Assembly: GCA_033764015.1 (NCBI GenBank)
Contig: JANRJK010000013.1
Span: 512,001 to 576,000 of the forward strand
Reading direction: 5' to 3'
DNA from: Candidatus Sumerlaeia bacterium
Lineage (GTDB): Bacteria > Sumerlaeota > Sumerlaeia > SLMS01 > JANRJK01
Length of the DNA: 64,000 bases
This document shows, piece by piece, positions 18,101 through 26,393 of the stretch. The translations under genes were made by a program, and so were the position numbers. Below the pieces are notes generated by a model, which worked only from the letters and a program-made list of their open reading frames with translations, ran no database searches and had not been told where the DNA came from. How positions within the stretch are numbered: the first letter of the stretch is position 1; each line of letters begins with the position of its first letter.

Positions 18101-20908
18101 ACCACCGATATCGAGATCGGCTCCTCGGCGAATCCAGCGCTTGGAAACCTCATCTCAGGCAACGGCGGCAGCGGCATCGTCGTCGAAGGAAACGCCATCA
18201 AGACGCAGATCCACCAGAACCGCATCGGCATGGGAGCATCCGAAACCGCAAATGTCGCCAACTCCCAGCACGGCATCAGCCTGGCGGACGGTGCGAACCA
18301 GACCAGGATTGAGAAGAACAAGATTTTCTTCAACAAAGAGAACGGGGTCCGCATGGATGGCGCCACGACGATGCGGAACACTCTCAGCAAGAACTCGATC
18401 CACCTGAACCTGAAGGATGGCATCGAAATCTCCAGCGGCGCCAATGCCGGAATCGCCGCTCCGGTGATCGACCGCCGCTACATCGAGGGCCGGAACGCGC
18501 GCCAGTACATGGGCGCGATCGACTTGGCAGGTGGCAAGGTTGAGGTCTTCGTTGATCCGCCGGTCACGGACCAACCCGGCTACTGGGGCCAGGGCAAGAC
18601 CTTCGCAAGCACTCGCACGGCGGACGGCAATGGCATCTTCACGATCCCCTTCCGCGAACTGCCCTCGCCGGGAATCGTCACCGCCACCTACACCGACGCC
18701 GACGGGAACACCTCGGAATTCTCGAACATGGCATCTGTCATGGTCGTGCAGTCGGTCTTCTCCCAAGATTTTCTGCTTGTTGCGGGAAAGCCCACGACGG
18801 TTCGCGTTTACCTAGATACCGGAAAGGGCCTCAACACGCTCGATCTTTCGGGACGGGCAGAGCTCGGAAGCCTCACGGGCTCGCCGCTTCCTGCGGTCCA
18901 TACCGCCCGCCCGTACGCCTACTTCGACACCCGCGAGGCCGACCGCAAGCAGTCCTTGGACACCATGAACATCCTGATCGAGAAGCCCGGCGCGGGCCGC
19001 CCGGAACTCCAGCTTGTTCTGACCGATCCCGATGGAAGCGACGAACGGGCGCGCATCAACTATGGCGAGTACCGCTTCGAGAACACGATGGCGATCCCCA
19101 TGGGAATCGTCATCGTCGAAGCCCCCGATTCCAGCGGCACCCTTCGCGTGCCCGATCTCCCCGCCATCATCGAGGGGCTCCGATACTTCGGGACGGTCTA
19201 CCCCGTATCGCCAACCGACTTCTTCAATCAGCTGCGCGTGCTCCCCGTCCAAACCCGCGACAATCCACCTCACACAAGCGACGAGCAGTACGCGATCAGC
19301 GTTCAGGCCGAGGCATTACGCCTGAAGGCAGAGGAGGAATCCGGAGTCGTCCTTCGCTACGCGGCCAGTTACGTGAGCCACCTGACCTCCTTCGATCCGC
19401 CGGGCTCCGGCAGCCGCCTCTTCGGGTACACCTACACCGAAGCGACACCGAAAGTGGTGAACCTGCTGGACCGCTACAAGGGCGGTGCCAACCCGCCGCC
19501 CAACCGCTCGACGCTGTGCCACGAAGTGGGACACTCCCCGCCTTTCCGCTTCGGCGACAGCTACGCCGGTGGCCGACTCTCGGCGAACAATCCGCTCCCG
19601 ACCGATCCGACGAAGTTCGACAGCACCGGCGTCTTGGTCACCGAAGACTTCGCTGCGTACAGCCACACCGGGACGCTGCGTCTCGCCGGCTTCACGTCGC
19701 CGGGGCCCGTCTGGTCGCCGCCCTCCGGCCTCGCCCAAAGCAGCGACTTGCACGACATCATGGCCAATGGCCCCATCGGCTGGACTTCCGAGCCGATGCT
19801 GCAGCGCATGTACCTCCTCCTCCGCACACCGCTGGGTGCCCGCAGGGAAGGCATGGTCGACGGGCTCCTCGCCGTCCGCGGAAACGTCCCGGCCTCCGGA
19901 CCTGTCACGTTGCTCCCAATCGTGCGCCGCCCAGGGCTCGCGGACCGCGACACGATTCCCGTCACCACAAGCCCCGTGTGGCGCGCCGACCTCGTGGACG
20001 CTTCGGAAGCGGTGCTCGACTCCCAGGAGTTCAGCCTGAAGCAGAGCATCGAGTTCCTCGGTGAATCAGACACACCCGACCCCTTCACCCACTATAGCAC
20101 ACCGACCAACACCCCCTTTAGCGTCCTGCTTCAAGACAACCCCGCCGCAACCCGCGTCCGCGTTTACCGAGACGGCATTCAAGTCGCCACCATCGCGACG
20201 AGCGCGAATGCGCCGGCGGTGACGCTTCTTGCTCCGACCGGAGGGGGACCGCTCCCTGCCGAAGTGGTGGTTGCCTGGACCGCCTCCGACACCGACTCGG
20301 GGACGCCACCGCTGAGTTGCGACGTGTTCTACACGCCGGACGGGACAACGCTGATCCCCGTGGCGGCGGACTTGGACGGTCGATCCTCGGTGACGCTCAA
20401 GACCTCCCTCCTGCCGGGTGGCCCCGACATGCGCTTCCTCGTCCGCGCGAGCGACGGATGGCTCACCGGTGAGGACGCCATGGACGCACCCTTCCTCCCG
20501 ACGGACCGCACCCTGCAGGCCAGCATCAGCCAGCCGGCGGATGGGTCGTCCGTGACCGTCGGCCTCCCGTTCGGAGTCTTCGGCTCCGCCTTCGACCCGG
20601 AGGACGGCGTACTCCAGGAAACCAGCCTTGAATGGCGCATCGATGGCGCCGTTGAGGCCGCGGCCACCGGCATCGAGCCACAACTTGTGATCGATACCCC
20701 CGGCCCCCACACGATCCACCTCAGGACCGTCGACAGCTTTGGCCACGTTGTCAGCGACTCGATCACCGTCAACGCAACCAGCAAGCCGTACGATCCCCTG
20801 CTGATCCTTCAGGCAATCGGGGGAGTCAACCCCGCCACCCCCAACGAAGACCGCAACGGAGACGGAACCATCGACCTGGCCGACTGGGTCACCGAGGAGG
20901 CCCCGTAG
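15131..20908 (+). CDS. Very large secreted protein: CSLREA-like N-terminus, right-handed parallel beta-helix repeats, HExxH zinc-metallopeptidase domain, Ig/PKD-like domains, single dockerin-like tail
   Basis: Signal peptide MRPTKCAVALVASLSFAVEGMA; ISVNSTAD...VTFREALL; many NxISGN/GNxIGTD repeats; LCHEVGHS...FGD and HDIMA; terminal DRNGDGTIDLADWV. Confidence 0.8.
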   Translation: MRPTKCAVALVASLSFAVEGMAGTISVNSTADTVANDAFVTFREALLIARGDRVPYDNPIIGQPDELSQISGSVGAGFADVINVSSTFSPIAITSLLPTLSNSTDEIFAASATIIDASAVSTTIGTPLFDLSTSGHRIRGLTISGYQGTAIRISASGTTLDGTIISGCRSGPGLHLIAGATGATIQNVVVSGTEGDGILLEGASGNTLNQVYSFSNEGSGFVLKGTGTTNNSIYNFSSGVGTPAQGFPNAGNTGWGVVVRDGANGNHFQNPSGAESTSLIAGNSLGGMWITGSGTNNNDMSTIAFGYSVANPAWIGNGVNSGLVVDGGAQGNQLGAEGFTTGMTFGGHSASAIRISGPQTTGNDLRHIYVGRGENPGIRLPNFSHGIEITDGAGAMLIGGDVELSQIEIDFNPGGSGIFLNGTNAADPIDDITIGVFHIGEEGEGPGGLPTIGGDGIRIEGNVDGVVVGGGASFNHPNHLCGAAGYGLRISGGQVNDVELVQIHAGTANTPVPNFMGGVYIGNGARNVRFNQNVFSYIGGNLGPGIFVDASLTPPRDIGITRCYIGRGQFSSTGFSNSGAGVFVKGGDTSTTALTGVSIGGTQAFEFNNIIGNTGPGIQLQRVSGAKVVNNSVGYLEGTTTAAPNGVAGIEIEACDNLQIGGPTNPERNFIAGNSQAGIRIRNSHTLSIHNNQIGILGDSIIANQGPGIQIASPGPPSGMFLTIGGTGSNEGNTISGNLDAGIEVDTQGAAAPVERIRIEGNRIGTDSTGVLARANKYGIFLRGDLLDDVLVGHATSTAGSNTISGNTEAGIHIEGADGWRVVGNKIGTDINGLSAVPNGYGVDLQFTQRGELGPPNAAQRRNTISGNSIAGIRIGDGVYGAVKIWRNDIGISTELAVGNLDGILVHRRNAVEGPLTIGGATSTLFDSTISIEEGNVISGNTRDGIRVFPESDGLGIDKLSIWGNFIGTDTPGVNPIPNIGAGIRIAGSATTDIEIGSSANPALGNLISGNGGSGIVVEGNAIKTQIHQNRIGMGASETANVANSQHGISLADGANQTRIEKNKIFFNKENGVRMDGATTMRNTLSKNSIHLNLKDGIEISSGANAGIAAPVIDRRYIEGRNARQYMGAIDLAGGKVEVFVDPPVTDQPGYWGQGKTFASTRTADGNGIFTIPFRELPSPGIVTATYTDADGNTSEFSNMASVMVVQSVFSQDFLLVAGKPTTVRVYLDTGKGLNTLDLSGRAELGSLTGSPLPAVHTARPYAYFDTREADRKQSLDTMNILIEKPGAGRPELQLVLTDPDGSDERARINYGEYRFENTMAIPMGIVIVEAPDSSGTLRVPDLPAIIEGLRYFGTVYPVSPTDFFNQLRVLPVQTRDNPPHTSDEQYAISVQAEALRLKAEEESGVVLRYAASYVSHLTSFDPPGSGSRLFGYTYTEATPKVVNLLDRYKGGANPPPNRSTLCHEVGHSPPFRFGDSYAGGRLSANNPLPTDPTKFDSTGVLVTEDFAAYSHTGTLRLAGFTSPGPVWSPPSGLAQSSDLHDIMANGPIGWTSEPMLQRMYLLLRTPLGARREGMVDGLLAVRGNVPASGPVTLLPIVRRPGLADRDTIPVTTSPVWRADLVDASEAVLDSQEFSLKQSIEFLGESDTPDPFTHYSTPTNTPFSVLLQDNPAATRVRVYRDGIQVATIATSANAPAVTLLAPTGGGPLPAEVVVAWTASDTDSGTPPLSCDVFYTPDGTTLIPVAADLDGRSSVTLKTSLLPGGPDMRFLVRASDGWLTGEDAMDAPFLPTDRTLQASISQPADGSSVTVGLPFGVFGSAFDPEDGVLQETSLEWRIDGAVEAAATGIEPQLVIDTPGPHTIHLRTVDSFGHVVSDSITVNATSKPYDPLLILQAIGGVNPATPNEDRNGDGTIDLADWVTEEAP

Positions 20909-20980
20909 CTCCCGCCCGAGTTGGATTGGTCCGAACTGTCCCGCCTTCCGGGGGGATGAGTTCACTTCGAGAGTCGGCCC

Positions 20981-21010
20981 TTGACATGTACCGTCAGTAG
21001 CTGTTCTACT
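20981..21010 (+). promoter_or_regulatory. Sigma70-type promoter of tetR with overlapping operator; probably a leaderless mRNA
   Basis: Perfect TTGACA at 20981, then TG-n-TCTACT (extended -10) ending 7 nt before the ATG at 21018. Quasi-palindrome TACCGTCAGTAG lies in the spacer. Confidence 0.6.
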
Positions 21011-21017
21011 TCGAGGC

Positions 21018-21767
21018 ATGAGTTCCGCGGCGCGCAAAGAGCGCGAGTTCCATCAACGAGAGCAGGCCATCATCCAGGCCGCCCGTGACCTCCTCCTCGC
21101 TGAGGGCTACTTGGGCCTTACCATGGACCGGGTCGCGGAACTCGTCGAGTACTCGAAACCAACCGTTTACGCCCACTTCGCCTCGAAAGAGGACCTCATT
21201 CTTGGGGTGTGCAACGACGGTCTTGCGCAGCGGGCCGAGCTGTTCCTCCGCGCGGTCGGGTTCCTGGGCCGCTCGCGCGAGACATTCTGCGCCGTCGGCG
21301 TCGCCGACGAGGTGTTCGTGCATGCGTTCCCCGAGCACGCGGCCATGGAGCAGCTCCTCAAGTCCCGCTCACTCTGGGAGCGTGCTGGCGAGCGCCAACA
21401 TGCCCGGCACGATGCGCTGGACCGAACCATGATGGGGACGATGCACTCGCTTATCGGCCGGGCCCTCGCGGAGGGTGACCTCCAAACGGCGGACTCCTCG
21501 ATGCTTTTGGAGCTCGGCCTCGGGATGAAGGCGCTCGCGCTCGGCACACACCTCATCAGCGCCCTGCACCTCCCTTCCCCGGATGCCCGGGTGGCGCTGT
21601 ACCGGGGACTCCGCCGCAATGAGCACAGGCTCTTGGATGGTTGGGGATGGCGGCCCCTGACCAACGATTGGGATTGGGCGCCCGTCTACGACCGCATCTA
21701 CCGCGAGGTGTTCCCGTCGGAAGTCAAGTCACTCCCCGACGGGCTTCGCAACTGCATCCCGCAGTAG
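21018..21767 (+). CDS. TetR/AcrR family transcriptional regulator
   Basis: IIQAARDLLLAEGYLGLTMDRVAELVEYSKPTVYAHFASKEDL is a TetR helix-turn-helix. Confidence 0.92.
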   Translation: MSSAARKEREFHQREQAIIQAARDLLLAEGYLGLTMDRVAELVEYSKPTVYAHFASKEDLILGVCNDGLAQRAELFLRAVGFLGRSRETFCAVGVADEVFVHAFPEHAAMEQLLKSRSLWERAGERQHARHDALDRTMMGTMHSLIGRALAEGDLQTADSSMLLELGLGMKALALGTHLISALHLPSPDARVALYRGLRRNEHRLLDGWGWRPLTNDWDWAPVYDRIYREVFPSEVKSLPDGLRNCIPQ

Positions 21768-21783
21768 TTTTTTTGGCATGAAT

Positions 21784-21798
21784 TCTACCGAGGGTAGA
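21784..21798. promoter_or_regulatory. Putative TetR operator upstream of the ABC exporter
   Basis: Inverted repeat TCTACC-GAG-GGTAGA, sharing TACCGnnnGTAG with the site in the tetR promoter. Confidence 0.55.
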
Positions 21799-21824
21799 TA
21801 ATCAACCCGGAGTAACCCGCTTCC

Positions 21825-22985
21825 ATGCTCGGCATCGCGATCCAAATGCTCCTCGGCGACCGCATCAAGTACCTCTCCCTCGTGGGAGGCGTCGCCTTCG
21901 CCACTCTCCTCATGATGCAGCAGGCCGGCATCTTCGCCGGCCTCACGTACCAGACTGGAACGCCGATCCGAATGGCGGGCGAGGAATTCGACCTTTGGGT
22001 GATGGACCCGGAGGTTGAGTTTTCCGAGGAGAGCAAGCCGATCGCGGACACCGTTCCCGACCGCGTGCGCGGTGTGGAGGGGGTCGAGTGGGCGGTGCCC
22101 ATGTTCAAGAGCCGGATGCTGGCCAAGCTCCCCGATGGTTCGCAGCGGGCGATCTCGCTCGTGGGGCTGGACGACGCCGCGCTTGTGGGCGGGCCGCGCT
22201 TCATGGTGGAGGGGGCCCTCGAGGACCTCAAGTCATCCGACGCCGTCCTCTTGGACGCGGCGCAGCTCGGCAAGAACTTCATGCTCACAGACGTGGACGG
22301 GTCCAGCCGTCCGCTGCGGGTCGGCGACCGGTTCGCCATCAACGACCAGTCGGTGCTGGTGGCCGGTCTCTTCGCGCAAGAGCGCTCCTTCTTTTGGGAG
22401 CCGGTTGTCTATACGACTTATTCTCGCGCGCTCACTTTGGCGCCCGCGCAGCGGCGGATGCTCCCGTACGTGCTGGTGAAGGTCCGAGCGGGCGAGGACC
22501 CGCTCGACGTCGCATCGCGGATCGAAGCCGCAACAGGCTTGAAGGCCCTGACCCGGGACGGATTCAAGCTCGAGACAGCGCGCTACATCCTGCTGAAGAC
22601 CGGAATCCTGATCAACTTCTCGATCAGCGTGGGTTTGGGGCTTGTGATCGGGGTGCTGGTCTCCGCGCAGACGTTCTACAACTTCATCCTGGACAACCTC
22701 CGGCACTTCGCGGCGCTGAAGGCGATCGGCGTCGGGAACCGGGCACTGATCGGGATGGTCATGGGCCAAGTGCTGCTCGTCGGGGCGGTTGGCTTCGGCA
22801 TTGGGGCGGGCCTCGCCTGCGCCTTGGGGTATGTCTTCGCGCGTGTGGGTCCGGGCGCCTTCCTGATGGTATGGCAGATACCCGCATTCGTGGCGGTTTC
22901 GATCTTGGCTGTAAGCATCGGCGCCGGCGCGCTCTCACTGCGCCGGGTGCTCACCCTCGAACCCGCGATCGTATTCCGCGGTTGA
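21825..22985 (+). CDS. ABC exporter permease (FtsX/MacB/DevC-like)
   Basis: N-terminal TM segment, large periplasmic domain, then NLRHFAALKAIG followed by three C-terminal TM segments and EPAIVFRG. Confidence 0.88.
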   Translation: MLGIAIQMLLGDRIKYLSLVGGVAFATLLMMQQAGIFAGLTYQTGTPIRMAGEEFDLWVMDPEVEFSEESKPIADTVPDRVRGVEGVEWAVPMFKSRMLAKLPDGSQRAISLVGLDDAALVGGPRFMVEGALEDLKSSDAVLLDAAQLGKNFMLTDVDGSSRPLRVGDRFAINDQSVLVAGLFAQERSFFWEPVVYTTYSRALTLAPAQRRMLPYVLVKVRAGEDPLDVASRIEAATGLKALTRDGFKLETARYILLKTGILINFSISVGLGLVIGVLVSAQTFYNFILDNLRHFAALKAIGVGNRALIGMVMGQVLLVGAVGFGIGAGLACALGYVFARVGPGAFLMVWQIPAFVAVSILAVSIGAGALSLRRVLTLEPAIVFRG

Positions 22986-23004
22986 CCCGTTAGGAGGGCT
23001 TGAA

Positions 23005-24078
23005 ATGTCGAAGTGGCTGCTGCCCGTCATCGCCTTGCTGGGCGTTGGCACAACTCTTTGGGCGGTCCGCGCTCCGGGCGGGCCCGCCGTTCCCGGGACG
23101 CCGACGGAGTCCCCCGCGACCCCTGCCGCCTCGCCGTTCGCACGGACGGTGTCGGGCTCGGGCTTAGTGGAGCCGTCCACGGAGGTGATCGCCGTGGGCA
23201 CCGCATTGGCCGGTGTCGTCGAGGCGGTCTTCGTCGAGTCCGGCCAGGTCGTGGGCGCCGGCGACCCGCTGTTCCGGGTGGATAGCCGACAGCTCGCCGC
23301 GCAGGTGGATGCGCGGCGGGCCGAAGTGGCAGCGGCGGAATCCGCGCTCTCGCGCCTGCGCCGGCTACCGTGGTCCGCGGACCTGCCGGTCGCCGAGGCG
23401 TCGCTCGCGGAAGCCGAGGCGCAGGCCGTCGACGCCGTCCGCCAACTCGAACGGGCCCGCCTGCTGGTCCGCGACCAGGCCCTGAGCACGGAGGTGCTCG
23501 AAGCCCGCGAGCGCGACGCCGCCAGTGCCGCCGCACGCCGCGACCGCGCCGCTGCAGAGCTCGAACGGCTCCGGCAAGGCGCCTGGGAAGCAGACATAGC
23601 GGTCGCGGAGGCGAACCTCGAGTCCGCCCGTGCCGCCCTCGCCGCCGCGGAGGTCGAACTGGACCGCGCGACTGTTCGCGCCCCCATCGCGGGTACCGTC
23701 CTGTCGCGGACCGCCCGCGTCGGGCAGTACGCCGCGCCCGGCGCCGCCGAGCCGCCCCTGGTCCGCCTCGGGGAGACGCGGACCCTCCATGTTCGCGTGG
23801 ATGTCGACGAGAACGACGCCTGGCGCGTCCGCTCGGGGGCGGCAGCCCGAGGCTTCCTGCGCGGCAATCCAGAGCTCTCTACTCCGCTGCGGTTCATCCG
23901 GATCGAACCCTTCGTCGTGCCCAAGACATCGCTGACCGGCGCCGGTTCGGAGCGTGTCGATACCCGCGTCCTGCAAGTGGTCTACGCCTTCGACCCGGAC
24001 GAGTTCGCCGCCTATGCCGGCCAGATCGTCGATGTGCGCATCGAGGCCGCGGACCTTACGGAGGGCGCCCGCCGATGA
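23005..24078 (+). CDS. Membrane fusion protein (HlyD/DevB-like periplasmic adaptor)
   Basis: N-terminal anchor, lipoyl-like halves (GVVEAVFVESGQVV.AGDPLF; VRAPIAGTVL), coiled-coil hairpin, ERVDTRVLQV. Confidence 0.88.
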   Translation: MSKWLLPVIALLGVGTTLWAVRAPGGPAVPGTPTESPATPAASPFARTVSGSGLVEPSTEVIAVGTALAGVVEAVFVESGQVVGAGDPLFRVDSRQLAAQVDARRAEVAAAESALSRLRRLPWSADLPVAEASLAEAEAQAVDAVRQLERARLLVRDQALSTEVLEARERDAASAAARRDRAAAELERLRQGAWEADIAVAEANLESARAALAAAEVELDRATVRAPIAGTVLSRTARVGQYAAPGAAEPPLVRLGETRTLHVRVDVDENDAWRVRSGAAARGFLRGNPELSTPLRFIRIEPFVVPKTSLTGAGSERVDTRVLQVVYAFDPDEFAAYAGQIVDVRIEAADLTEGARR

Positions 24079-24800
24079 ACCCCCACCCCACGGAAAACGC
24101 CGTCACTGCCCGTGGCGTCGAGAAGACCTTCGGCGAAGGCTCCACGCGCGCCCTCGCCCTGAGGGGCGCCGACATCTCCATCCCATTCGGCGGGCTGACG
24201 CTGCTCGCCGGCCCGAGCGGTTGCGGCAAGACCACTCTGCTCTCGATCATCGCGGGGTTGCTCGACCGCACCGCCGGGATGCTTGATGTGCTGGGACGCG
24301 ACCCCCAGGCGATGCGCCCCGCGGATGCGGTGTCGTTCCGCCGCTCGAACCTCGGATTCGTTTTCCAGCAATACAACCTCCTCCCTTCGCTCACGGCGGT
24401 TGAGAATGCTTCGATTCCCCTCGTCGCGGCGGGGATGAAGCGGCGGACGGCGGAAGAGAGGGCGGCCGCGCTGCTCGAACGGCTGGGGCTCGCCTCGCGG
24501 CTTGGTGCGCACCCGAGGCAGCTCAGCGGTGGGCAGCAGCAGCGGGTCGCGATCGCCCGCGCCTTGGTCCATGAGCCGAAGCTCGTCCTGTGCGACGAAC
24601 CCACCGCAGCCCTGGACGCGGAGTCCGGCCACGCCGTGATGGAACTGCTCGCCAGCCTCGGCGCGGCGAGCGACCGCGCAGTGGTTGTCGTCACCCACGA
24701 CCACCGAATCTTCGATTTCGCCGACCGGATCATTCGAATGGAAGACGGGCGGGTTACCTCCGTCGAGGACGGGGAGGGCGAGGAGGAGGCGGCTGTCTGA
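24075..24800 (+). CDS. ABC transporter ATP-binding protein (LolD/DevA-like)
   Basis: Walker A GPSGCGKTT, GFVFQQYNL, LSGGQQQRVAIARAL, DEPT, VTHD. ATGA overlap with the upstream gene. Confidence 0.92.
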   Translation: MNPHPTENAVTARGVEKTFGEGSTRALALRGADISIPFGGLTLLAGPSGCGKTTLLSIIAGLLDRTAGMLDVLGRDPQAMRPADAVSFRRSNLGFVFQQYNLLPSLTAVENASIPLVAAGMKRRTAEERAAALLERLGLASRLGAHPRQLSGGQQQRVAIARALVHEPKLVLCDEPTAALDAESGHAVMELLASLGAASDRAVVVVTHDHRIFDFADRIIRMEDGRVTSVEDGEGEEEAAV

Positions 24801-24882
24801 CGCCGCCGAATCGCCTTTCCCCGCGCGCCGCGCGCCGCCCTATCCTCGCGCCACTTCACCGACGAGAGCAGGCCCCGCTTCC

Positions 24883-26334
24883 ATGTCCGACAAGACCCCA
24901 GACCGCATCCCATCCCGCGCCGAGGACTTCAGCGAGTGGTACATCGCCACCGTGCGCCAGGCGCAGATGGCCGACTACACCGAGATCAAGGGCTGCATGG
25001 TCATCAAGCCCTACGGCTTCGGCCTCTGGGAGCTCCTTCGCGACTCTCTCGACAAGCGCATCAAGGATACCGGCCACGAGAACGCGTACTTCCCGCTCTT
25101 CGTCCCCGAGTCCTACCTGAAGAAGGAAGCGGAGCACGTCGAAGGCTTCGCGCCGGAGTGCGCGTGGGTCACGCACGGCGGCGGCCAGCAGCTCGAAGAG
25201 CGCCTCGCGATCCGCCCCACCTCCGAGGCGATCATCTGCACCATGTTCGCCAAGTGGGTGCAGTCCTACCGCGACCTGCCGATCCTCATCAACCAGTGGG
25301 CGAACGTCGTCCGCTGGGAGAAGCGCACGCGCCTCTTCCTCCGCACGTCCGAGTTCCTCTGGCAGGAGGGCCACACGGTCCACCGCACCGCCGACGAGGC
25401 GCAGGAGGAGACCATGAAGATGATCGAGGTGTACCGCGAGTTCCTGGAAACGGAACTGGCGGTCCCGGCGGTCATGGGCCAGAAGAGCGACGCGGAGCGA
25501 TTCGCGGGCGCGCACAAGACGTACACCGTCGAGGCGCTCATGCAGGACGGCTGGGCCCTCCAGGCGGGCACCAGCCACAACCTCGGCCAGCACTTCGCCA
25601 AGGCTTTCGACATCAAGTTCCTCGATGTGGACAACACCGAGAAGCACGCCTGGACCACGAGCTGGGGCGTCTCGACGCGCCTGGTGGGCGCGGTGATCAT
25701 GACGCACGGCGACGACAACGGCCTGCGGCTGCCGCCGCGCATCGCGCCGGTGCAGGCGGTCGCGGTGCCGATCTACAAAGCGGGCCTCGAAGGCGCGCTG
25801 AACACGAAGTGCGAGGAAATCGTCAAGCGCCTCAAGGCCGCCGGCGTCCGCGCCCGCGCCGACCTGCGCGACACGCTCCGCCCCGGCTTCAAGTTCACCG
25901 AATGGGAAGTGAAGGGCGTCCCGGTCCGCATCGAGCTCGGCCCGCGCGACCTTGAATCGGGCAACGTGGTCCTCGTCCGCCGCGACACGAAGGAGAAGAT
26001 GGTCGTGCCCGAGGCGGAACTCGAGACGCGCATCCCGCAGCTCCTGGTCGAGATCCAGGCGAACCTGCTCGCGCAGGCCCTCGCCTTCCGCGACGCCGGC
26101 ACGCACGAGCCGAAGGACTTCGACGAGTTCGTCCGCTTCCTCGACGAGAAACGCGGCTTCATGCTGTGCGGCTGGGACGGCACCGGCGAGACGGAAGCCG
26201 CGATCAAGGAGAAGACGAAGGCGACGCTGCGCTGCATCCCGCTGGACGGCCGCGGCGAGGCACGCCCCGGCGACACGGACATCCTCTCCGGGGCGCCGGC
26301 CAAGTACCGCGTGCTTTACGCGCGCGCCTACTAG
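24883..26334 (+). CDS. proS: Prolyl-tRNA synthetase (archaeal/eukaryote-like type, no INS editing domain)
   Basis: DFSEWY, HVEGFAPE, RPTSE, NQWANVVRWE, FLRTSEFLWQEGHT, QAGTSH.LGQ, SWGVSTR, ATLRCIP, C-terminal YARAY. Confidence 0.96.
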   Translation: MSDKTPDRIPSRAEDFSEWYIATVRQAQMADYTEIKGCMVIKPYGFGLWELLRDSLDKRIKDTGHENAYFPLFVPESYLKKEAEHVEGFAPECAWVTHGGGQQLEERLAIRPTSEAIICTMFAKWVQSYRDLPILINQWANVVRWEKRTRLFLRTSEFLWQEGHTVHRTADEAQEETMKMIEVYREFLETELAVPAVMGQKSDAERFAGAHKTYTVEALMQDGWALQAGTSHNLGQHFAKAFDIKFLDVDNTEKHAWTTSWGVSTRLVGAVIMTHGDDNGLRLPPRIAPVQAVAVPIYKAGLEGALNTKCEEIVKRLKAAGVRARADLRDTLRPGFKFTEWEVKGVPVRIELGPRDLESGNVVLVRRDTKEKMVVPEAELETRIPQLLVEIQANLLAQALAFRDAGTHEPKDFDEFVRFLDEKRGFMLCGWDGTGETEAAIKEKTKATLRCIPLDGRGEARPGDTDILSGAPAKYRVLYARAY

Positions 26335-26393
26335 GACGCGGAGTCGGCGCAGGGTCCTGCGGAGCGCGGATCCGCTTCAAGCCCGGGTGGGCG

